A DNA stretch of 64,000 nt, taken from Octopus sinensis. Lineage: Eukaryota. The stretch is from the NCBI RefSeq assembly GCF_006345805.1, contig NC_042997.1, positions 3,782,001 through 3,846,000 on the forward strand, written 5' to 3'. Position 1 is the first letter of the stretch, and each line of letters begins with the position of its first letter. Under the pieces are notes generated by a model. The model saw only the letters and a program-made list of their open reading frames with translations. It was not told the DNA's origin and ran no database searches. This document shows positions 54,065 to 64,000 of this stretch, in pieces. Both the position numbers and the translations under genes were made by a program.

Positions 54065-55990
54065 TATGATCGTTTTTCGGGATAAGAATGACGCTATTAA
54101 CGTTGGATTCGCATTCAAAAACCACAATAACAATGTAATATATATGTTTTCTCTTCGCTCATCATTACTATTAAAATGGTAATAATAAAGTGGGGAAACA
54201 ACCAAGAAGCTTTCTGGAGAGACACCAAAACCACCTAGGATACATAGTCAGCAATATAGCGTTCATTGGATCTTTCGTTTGCATTATTTGTCCCTAGTCG
54301 TATTAACTTGCACAACGTTTCTGTGAGCTAACCATGTAATGTTTACAGTTTGTTTCATTTGGAGGGGTGTTCATGCATATTGTCTCTGTATCTCCTTACA
54401 GTCTTTTTGACAAAATGTAGTTCCTGTTCGTCTTTGAAACATTTAATTTTGGAGAGAATTTTTTCATGATGTGTAGCTCCATTGCTTTTCAGAACATTGG
54501 GGCATCACTTGAACATTTGTAAATGAGATTTTGAACTTTACTTCACCGCATATTCTAAATGCTTGCTTACTGGTATCTTGGGCAATTCCTTCTGTCGGAT
54601 GTGTTGTCTGTGGATTCGCACACGTTGGCAGAGGGAAGTATTTATTTCGCCAATGAACTCTTCCTTGAATTTGGTGAAAATAATGATATATAAGAGATTC
54701 TGTGCCTTCTAGTCCATATCTTCATTTGCTTTGAACGAAAATCCACTATTGAATTTCATGTGAGAACCACTTTCTAAATATTTGAAAATGATGTCGTTGC
54801 ATGTTTCATATCTGCTATCTCCACATCTTTGTACGGATAATTCTCTTTGATTCTCTGATGTGAATGGTGCTTGAGGTCCAGCAACTATTGGTCTCAGTTG
54901 GAGGTCAGTAGGTCTTAGTATTTTTATGTATCGGTTCATTTGTTCCTTTATGACTGTATTTTGGAGCTTTTGTGTATTTTGGGTAATCCGTAGACATGTC
55001 TATCTTTGATAAGATTCGCATAAATTTTCTTTCTCGTTGTCTGTTAAGGAATGTTGGGATTCATGAATTGGTGTTTTGACGTCAGTCAACATTTGTTTCA
55101 TTATTGCCCACAAAGGGGCTAAACATAGAGGGGAAATCAAGGACAGATGAATGGATTAAGTCGATTATATGAACCCCAGTGCGTAACTGGTACTTATTTA
55201 ATGAATACCGAGGGATGAATAGAAAAGTCGACCTCGATGGAATTTGACCTCAGAGCGTAACGGCAGACATAATACCGCACAGCATTTCGCCCGTGTACGA
55301 ATGGTTCTGCCAGCTCGCTGCCCTTCATTCATTATTGCTTTTTCCTGGTGTGTAGTTTCTTCCTTGCAGTAAGTTTGGTCTGGTTGAATTTCCAATATTT
55401 TATCTTTATAGTAGTATTTGTCAATGATTGCACCCCACCGTTACCGGCTTATTTTAGGATGATTGAATTGTCATTGTTCATTGTAAGAAAGGTTTCCTTT
55501 TATTTTTCACGAAGACTTTACGGTTACTGTGGTGTAATTTAGTAAATGCGTCTATATATGCATCTAATTGTATGTCATTTCCCTTGTAGGGGAAGAAATA
55601 GGATTTACTTCTGACATTTGATTCGTCATTTAAATCCTTATTGCCGAAAAATTCTCTAAGTGGTAGGTGGCGATTAATATATTCAATATCTGGTTTCACG
55701 TCAATGAGATTAGGGTTTGGTGTCGGAGTAAATTTGAAACATTTCAATAGGAGATTCATCGCATTCTTGTTGAGGTTTCTGTTTCACAAATTTATGATCT
55801 TTGTGTCTATATGTTCTGTGTGCTCATTAAAAATTTATGTTGTGTCGAGTCTGGTGTATAATTGAGTTATTTTATCCCTAAAAGAGGAATTCTATTATTG
55901 TGTGATCATTCTTCGTTTCCAGAGTTCTTGTTCCCTCATAGGTGAGAGGATGGTTCATGTACCTTGTACGTATTTCTTTGTCTATAAATT
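54065..55990 (-). mobile_element. Penelope-like element with the RT core deleted
   Basis: The minus strand reads LLLKCFKFTPTP..DI..INRHLPLREFF (N-terminal KGLKF-like motif), YGLPKIH and LRPIVAGPQAP, joined directly to QRCGDSRYETC..QNLLYIII..EEFIGE..RVRIHRQHIR..IPVSKHL (GIY-YIG). Confidence 0.85.
55108..55327 (-). mobile_element. Full-length tRNA-derived SINE (family B) with candidate 11-bp TSD
   Basis: The minus strand reads ggcagcgagctggcagaa..gcgaaatgctgtgcggtatt..ctgaggtcaaattcc..gaggtcgactttt..taagtaccagttacgcactgggg. It is flanked by TTCATTATTGC at 55097-55107 and 55328-55338. Confidence 0.85.
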
Positions 55991-56521
55991 ATATCTTATT
56001 TCCATCTTCTATGTTTATTGGGCCATTCAGGATGTATGGCCCAGAATGAAATTTCAGTTGAAAAGAAACCTTTGTCTGTCTGTTTCTCTTTCTCTTTCTC
56101 CATTTCTTTCTCGTTCCTACACACTCTCTCTCTCTCTATCTGTCTGTCTGTCTATCTGTTTATCTATCTCTATACCTTTCTATCTTCCTTTCTCTATCGT
56201 TTATTATTTCCCCTCTTCCTTGATTATCCTGACACCTTTCTCTCCTTGTATCTATTCTCCCCTTCTTTGCCTATTTCCACTTCCCCACCTCCCTTTCCCC
56301 AAAAAACAAAAGTATTTTCATCTTCTATAAACAAAGCTAAAAAAAGCTAAATGAACAACAAAACGTTCCGTTTTTGCAACTTTAATTTTCTCTTCACGAG
56401 TGCGATAAACGAACGAAAGCGCTGATGAAGAACAATCCAAAATAATGACTGCCTCATCTCTCCTTCTTCTTCTTCTTCTTCACTCTCTCTGTCTCTGTCT
56501 GTCACTCTCTCTTTCTCTCTC

Positions 56522-56552
<31 letters not shown>

Positions 56553-56674
56553 ATGTGTGTGTGCGTGTGCGTGTGTGCGTGTATGTAACATCCAATAATA
56601 CGTACGATGAAAATCATTTCTCAACTTTAGATAACACCTTAAAGATCCAACAACTGTTTCAATTAATTGAACAT

Positions 56675-56739
<65 letters not shown>

Positions 56740-56827
56740 TATATGCACACTAACACACACGCACACATGCACACGAACAATTACTCGCACACACGTACAC
56801 ACACACATTTATACATCATATACATAT

Positions 56828-59609
56828 ACACATTATCAAGCTAATCCAAATTAGTGAAATATTAAGTGAACATCTGGAAACCCTTTAGCTGTTAAAATGC
56901 GCTAACAAAAAGAAACCCCAAACTAAATTTACCTTTAGACATGCATACATTAAACCAAGGGTGTCATCATTGAATAACTAGTATATTCTATATGAATAAA
57001 ATATGAAAATGTCCATACTAATTCCATAGTTTTTGACGATTCGAAATTTACATAAAAAATCAACCCTGAAGCATAACGTAAAAAACGAGCAATTTATCTA
57101 TAGATATTGATGAAATCAATGGATATCTAAAGAACTAAAACAGCAGGCAAAAATTATTTTACTTTATGCCTAATAGATAAGATTAGAATAAAAATCTACA
57201 GATAATAATTTTACGTAATGCTTAATAGAACCTTAGATACTTTACATCACAATAATTAATCAGTTAATTATTTATTTAATATAATAAGCTCTTCTACAAG
57301 AATGAACATTATAATATGTAAACTGAAAGATTAGTACATTCAACAACATATACAACCATCGAGGACCTCACTGGATAATTAAAAAATGAAATTACAGAAA
57401 CGAAAACCAAATACCTATCCATTATAATAAACTCTTATATAGGAATTAATCTCCTCCTGTAATACTTGAAGAAGTATTATAATTAATAATGATATATACA
57501 ATTATTGATAACTACGCTGGATAACTAAAGAATAAACATAAATGATAAGATAATTAAATACGTATTTACTTATTGTATTAAACGCTTTTATAGGAATTAT
57601 GATTATATTATAATAATTGAAAGATTATAATCAATAATATTTACAATTCTTGATGATCCCGATAGTTAATTGAAGAATATAAATTAAAGAAATGAATACT
57701 ACGTTATGCTTAATCGAAGCTTAGGTAATTTACATAGCTATAATAAATTATTTACACATTATTCTAAACACCTTATATAATAATTAATTAAAATAATATT
57801 ATATTTAATACTTGAAATATTTGAATGGCTTTGTAAATGTTTGGCAACATCTTAAAGTTATGTGTCCATTAAAATTCAATAACAATTATTTGGAAGTAAT
57901 TATAAAATGTAATTATTCGGGGCAAATATCACAAGTAGAATTCCCAATATTACACGAGGGTGCATGATTAATAATGGATCACTTTAAATCATATTTAATA
58001 TTCTTATCCTTAAAATTTCGACTGTATTTACGAAGATTAGTGGACGATATCTAGTTATCTCACGTTGATATACTATATTCTTCGTTAAACATTGATATTC
58101 AAAATGGCAACGAGTTTTGTTTACGTAATTATACATGAGTTAGTTTACATGTAAATCGCCCTTATAAATATAGAAAATTCTTGAAGCACCAGTCTGTAAA
58201 ATAGGTGTTAATGTTGAATTATAATAAAAATTATTATTAGAATTAATTCTAATGCAAGGTAAAAACAAATCACTAACTGTATGTCGTCTGTGTTTTGATT
58301 AATATTAGAATCTAAACCTTTTTTCCCGAATTATTATCATTAACGTTAACTTCTCTTTACATATTATCAGTTCTATAACTACATTTAGATTTAGAAATTA
58401 GATATTCTCTAATTCTTTGTTTATTTTTTGCTGTAATAATCTAAGCAAAATTTCTAGTGTTTGAATACGAAAGCTTAAAACTGTGTCTATTAAATAATTT
58501 CCCATATCCACTTCATGTCGGGTAATACATATCTCATGCTGCAAAATTTTACGAGGGATATTTTAAGCTATTAACCATGAAAATGTTTGTATGTTACCAT
58601 GTAATATTTGTTGATCTATTCTTATTATGTCTATAAATATTTAATGAGCACTTACATTTAAGATGTTGCTGTAGATTTAGAAAGACATTCAAATATTTGA
58701 ATTGTTAATTATAATAATTATTTAATTCATTATTATATAATATGAGTAGTTCCCAATAGTATTATGAGTAGTTCCCAATAAGGCGTTTAATTTATTCAGT
58801 AAGTAATTAACGATAGCGATGTAAAGTATGAAAGCTTCGATTAAGCATAGTGTAGAATTCATATTATTTCTATTCTTTCATTTTCTCCCGAGATCATCGA
58901 GAATTGTATGTATTATAAATTTTCAATTATTATATACTAATCTCAATTCTTATGAAAGGGTACAATATAATAAATAAATAAGTATTTAATTATCTTATAT
59001 GATTTGTTTATTCTTTAGGTATCCAGCGTAAGTGTTTATTATAATGAACAAATAGTTATTTGGTTGTCTTTCTCTGAAATTTTATTTTTTAGACATCCTG
59101 TGATGTACTCAGTGGTTATACATGTTTTGAATAAAAGTTTATATGATTAGATTAATTCCTGTAGAATGGCTTATCAAACTAATAAATAGCTAAGTAGTCA
59201 CTATTATGTAAAGTATGTAAGTTCCTATTAAGAATTACGTAGAATTATTATGTGTAGTTGTTATTCTATAGTTATCTATTAAACATCAACGTAGAATTCT
59301 TGTCTGCATGTTTTGTTGTTCAGATAACCATTGACTTCATCAATAAACTGTAGATAATTATAATCGTTTCTACATCATCGTTTGGGTTTTTTTCTAGGAA
59401 CACTTCAAATTGTCAAAAACTATGAAATTAGTATGGTATTTTTTAATATTTTATAAAGTTAGTCAAGCACCTCTCTCTCGGTTGAATGAGTGAATGTGTA
59501 AAGTTAAATTTAGTTTGGCGTTTCTTTTCTTTAGCGTTTTTTAAACACATAATAGATTTTCAGATGTTCAGTTAAAATTTCACAACCTTGGATTACCTTG
59601 GTAATGTGT
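56828..59609. repeat. ~2.8-kb degenerate AT-rich palindrome with internal direct repeats (foldback-like element)
   Basis: The left end acacattatcaagctaatccaa..gtgaaat.ttaagtgaacatctg matches the reverse complement of the right end 59561-59609. Further collinear inverted matches are 57013/59435, 57200-57250/59200-59255, 57510-57565/58980-59030, 57700-57740/58820-58860, 57813-57855/58658-58702 and 58033/58415. Confidence 0.9.
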
Positions 59610-59642
59610 TAACATAATATTTGTTCATATTAATTTTAATAA

Positions 59643-59717
<75 letters not shown>

Positions 59718-59742
59718 TGTGTCTGGATGTGATTATATATAT

Positions 59743-59777
<35 letters not shown>

Positions 59778-60232
59778 TATATGAATGTATATGTTAGTGC
59801 AATTGAAGCATTTGTTGCATTTGTAATATGAATGTCTTAATTTTCTGCGTAGATATCATTGGATTACCCTTGTCATTCATGAAGATTTACCTGGGGTTTG
59901 TATTGTACATACACTTTTGAAGATTTAGATTCTTCACTACAACAATACACCCTGTCACCGTTTTAACAGCATAGACGAGGGCGGAAGTGACGAAAAGAAG
60001 GTGCTCACCTCGCTTCCGAAATCAGATAACCGGCGGGATATAAAAAACGGTGCACGAATGCTGCAATCCGTATATTGCTGCGCAAGAGGACTACGAAGCA
60101 AATGATTTTAAGATTTAGGAAAATAAGTTAATATTTAATAAAATTTACTGGTCCGGAAACGTTTTGACATCGCCAAGTTTATATATATAATATATATATA
60201 TATATAATATAATATATATATATATATATATA

Positions 60233-60272
<40 letters not shown>

Positions 60273-60390
60273 ATGTCTGTCTGTGTGTGTGTGTGTCTGT
60301 GTGTTTGTGTGTTTGTGCATGTATACATACATATATACATACGTACATGCATACATATGTGCATACATAAATACATACAGACAGAAATAA

Positions 60391-60420
<30 letters not shown>

Positions 60421-60421
<1 letters not shown>

Positions 60422-61342
60422 TTATTAGTGAATTTAAGAAATGGAGTTGAACGAAGATTGAACAGAAATCCTTTTATTGCATTCTACACGTGTTTCGAAA
60501 GGCACAATTTACCAAATTCCGATTGAATAAGGAGACCATATTGTGTCTTTCTCTTCAGGAAGAAATAGGAAATCCGTTGGAAAAAACAAAAACAGAACAG
60601 AGGCGGAGCAAAACAAGTCGAACGAGGCTCCTAAGAGCCCATGGCCAAACTGTTTATCAATGTATGTGGAAAACTGGTGGTGGGTGCGTTGAAGGTTTTA
60701 ACGGGTGAGGCAGCGGTCATTCCGGTGGGTGGGAGCATGGGGTGCTTAGATGTTCTTTGTGACCGAGACTAAAGTTCTGACTATTTAAAGAATATTAGGT
60801 GTATTATATGGGGCGGGAGAAATCTACTTAGAAACATGTGTGTGTGTACTGTTCTATGTGTTCGTATGTGCGTTTGATCACGTGGCCGTCAGTTGGTAAA
60901 CAGCCCTACACAATGGTCACTGCTGTAAAATCTGTCGGGTGGCAGAAACATTTTTTTATGTGTGCGTGTGTTCGTCTAAACCTGCCTTGTCAAAGAAACC
61001 CCCCGTCGTCAAGACAAACCACCATTCGTCTCCCAGGAGTAATTCCCCTTGCAATGGTGGTTTGTCTTGACGACGGGGGGTCTCCAAATCGGAATTTGGT
61101 AAATTGTGCCTTTCGAAACACGTGTAGAATGCAATAAAACGATTTCTGTTCAATCTTCGTTCAACTCCATTTCTTCAATTCACTATTAATATTAAAATTC
61201 AATTATCCGAACCAACGCACGGTTGCAACACCATATGGTGGTACCTCCGACCGTGCTATCTTCTGCTGTGATTTTTGCTACCAAGGTATCGGTTAAACAT
61301 TTGATTAATCTGCAACAAGATTATTCATCTTTCTATTTCACA
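60421..61342. mobile_element. Short non-coding derivative of the 51-53.6 kb PLE: pLTR plus 3' UTR, snap-back hairpin, then inverted partial pLTR and extension
   Basis: 60421-61052 parallels 51224-51890. 61086-61342 is the reverse complement of ~51075-51330. (TA)n flanks both sides. Confidence 0.9.
60481..60564 (-). ncRNA. Type I hammerhead ribozyme copy (core CUGAAGA, triplet GUA)
   Basis: The minus strand reads TTCTTC-CTGAAGA-GAAAGACACAA..TTGTGCCTTTC-GAAA-CACGTGTA-GAA. The only core difference is at variable position N7. Confidence 0.75.
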
Positions 61343-61359
61343 AAATATATATATATATG

Positions 61360-61437
<78 letters not shown>

Positions 61438-62612
61438 TATATTATATATATATCTGCATATATATATATATATATATATATATTCTGCATATATGCTTGT
61501 ACATATGCAATTTTCTTTTGAATACATATAAATACCTGTATCCATATTTAAATTGGTATATTGAAAACTACGTGCATCAATATATTTGTGTGTTTGTGTG
61601 TGTGTTCACTCATATATCACACCATATCACCACCTACGTATCTCTCTTAATTTGATACTTTACAGCATGGATCTAGCCTTCAACGGAAATTTCGAAGTTG
61701 AAGTTCAAATTATCTGAGCACTACAGTCTTCTTTATATACTGAGCTTCTATGGATCTCATCTCTTGACCGGATATATATATATATATATATATATGAAGG
61801 GAGAGAAAGAGAGATAAAAATATAAAGACTGACAGAGGGACTCAAACATGTATTCATGTTTTTATGTGTGTGCGCAATAAGGTTTAAAATTATATGTGTT
61901 AGCATTAAATTAAGGTTTGAACAACTCTGTATTTGGTTTACACCGTATCACTTTATGTCTATATGCACGCACTATACATTTATTATTGGACCCATTAGGC
62001 ACTAGGGAATGTATTACTATCGATTTATTTGATTAAAAGTTTTTCCTGGCTGTTGAAATGTGTGGTCGACGAGAAATGAAATTTTACTGACCTCCCACCT
62101 GCAATATATTAAAACGTGGCAAATGGGAATAATGATAAGAACGTTTGGGAAAAATATTCAATAAAATGATAACATAAATATATGTTATTTACATGAAGAC
62201 GGTTAATGCATTTAAATGCATTTCATAATGTGAAAGTTACATTATTTTTAATATTGACTGATATGTCAGAAGCAGAGTAATATATGGTATATATTAAGAA
62301 TATATTTATGGAAGATCAAATATGATATTAATATAACTTAATGTATATTTCATAGTAAAATTTCATAAATTAACTTCCGCTCTATAATGCACTGATAAAA
62401 TTATGTGTCCATAATCTTTTCCATAATCGCTAATGCACTATCAATTCGCAATATTCATATTAGATAGAATAGATAAAAAATAATAATAATAACGCACACA
62501 CACACAGTAATATTAGCGGTAACATATGTGCGCTTATATTGATGGATATATGCAATTAAGTACACTGATATCTCTATTTGTGTATGTTCTTCTGCGCATG
62601 TTGTCGGGGTCG

Positions 62613-62689
<77 letters not shown>

Positions 62690-63250
62690 AGTATGCATGT
62701 AAACTTGCATTATATCCAACTACCTAAATATATATGCATTGTGTGTGTATGTGTGGATGTGTGTGTATGTATATATGAGTGCATTTGTATATGTCGTGCG
62801 TATATATTTATTCACTTGTTCATTACTATACATTTCCTCAACCGACAGTTCTTTGTGTCCCAATATTCTTGCCGCGGGATATATATTCATATTTTGTGTC
62901 GATTGATAACTGCATGTAGCGAGAAATTTTGAGGATTAGTGCGCTCAATAACCAGATTTCAATAAATACATCATCTACAGTCTATATGCGGAGCACATTC
63001 TTGCCCGTAGCTGACCCAGAGACACATAAGCGCACAATCTGTGATGCAATAATCTTCTCACACACAGAACCATAGGCGCATATGAATACATTCATACATA
63101 CATAAATAAATACATACATACATACATACATACATACATACATACATACATACACACATACACACATACATATATACATATGTGTGTTTGTGTGTGCTTA
63201 TACAAACATATATATATACTTATGTATATACAATCACACACATGTATATC

Positions 63251-63304
<54 letters not shown>

Positions 63305-63489
63305 CTATATGTATTTTAATATATATGTATACAGAGAGAGTGAGAGAAAGAAAGATACAGTGAGAGAATGAGAGACAGACTGTGAAAGAGAACGCAAGGG
63401 AGATATATAAATGCACAATTACATACTGACATGCCTCTCTACACGTCTCTCTCTCTCTCTCTCTCCCTCTCTCTCTCTCTATATATATA

Positions 63490-63700
63490 TAGTTAATCCA
63501 AACAAGAAAGCAAATAAACAACACAAAGCGAGGACGTGGAACAAATATAGTATTATTGGACGCTCAGGAAAGAAGGAAAGAAGGAGGGTTTAACGTTTCG
63601 AGCGGAGCTCTTTGTCGGAAACATAGGAGAAGGAAACATCCAGAGAAGGGAAGACAGAGGAAAAAATCGCCAACGGTACACACGCGGTCACATTTTGAAT
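63490..63700 (-). mobile_element. Solo ~210-bp Penelope-type terminal repeat inside (TA)n
   Basis: Homologous to 50056-50268 and to the reverse complement of 24010-24215; (TA)n on both flanks. Confidence 0.8.
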
Positions 63701-64000
63701 ATATATATATATATATATATATCACAGATGCATGCTCGTTACACGAGGAAGGCCAGTACCAAGATTTACTGAAATGATTCATGATTGTTGCCATGTGATG
63801 CCTTTATATGACTTTTAAGCCCGACCAAGCTTTTACATATTTTATTACATACTAGACAACTGTGCTGGATGGCAGGATAAACAGGTCTCATCATATGCAC
63901 TCTCTTAGCATGTCTTTTTAGACCTCAATCTGAGAGTCACACCCTTCCCCATATTATACACGTACTGTTATGAATTTTAATAGCAACCTCATTGTTTATT

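Overview
AT-rich, repeat-saturated animal genomic DNA with no host protein-coding exon that I can support; it may be intergenic or a large intron. The tRNA-derived SINE families and the (TA)n/(CA)n/(ATT)n microsatellite load match my recollection of Octopus (coleoid cephalopod) repeats, but that assignment was not checked against a database. The window holds decayed mobile elements: R4/Dong-like, HERO-like, CR1-like and RTE non-LTR retrotransposons, several Penelope-like elements (PLEs), mariner and Tc1 transposons, MITEs, a possible non-autonomous Helitron and many SINEs. Five structures stand out. (1) A young PLE at 51218-53646 has ~280-bp inverted pseudo-LTRs that each carry a type I hammerhead ribozyme with an extended stem II; one copy has a GUA cleavage triplet and the other a non-cleavable GUG. 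(2) Dispersed minimal hammerhead motifs show a compensatory change in stem I. (3) A ~2.8-kb degenerate non-coding palindrome with internal repeats lies at 56828-59609. (4) A mariner > palindromic PLE > SINE nest preserves the SINE's empty site in the opposite arm. (5) Perfect snap-back hairpins occur at PLE junctions, and PLE-derived ends repeatedly sit in (TA)n tracts. Most listed ORFs are microsatellite or antisense artefacts. Boundaries were set by eye and are approximate unless exact motifs are quoted.
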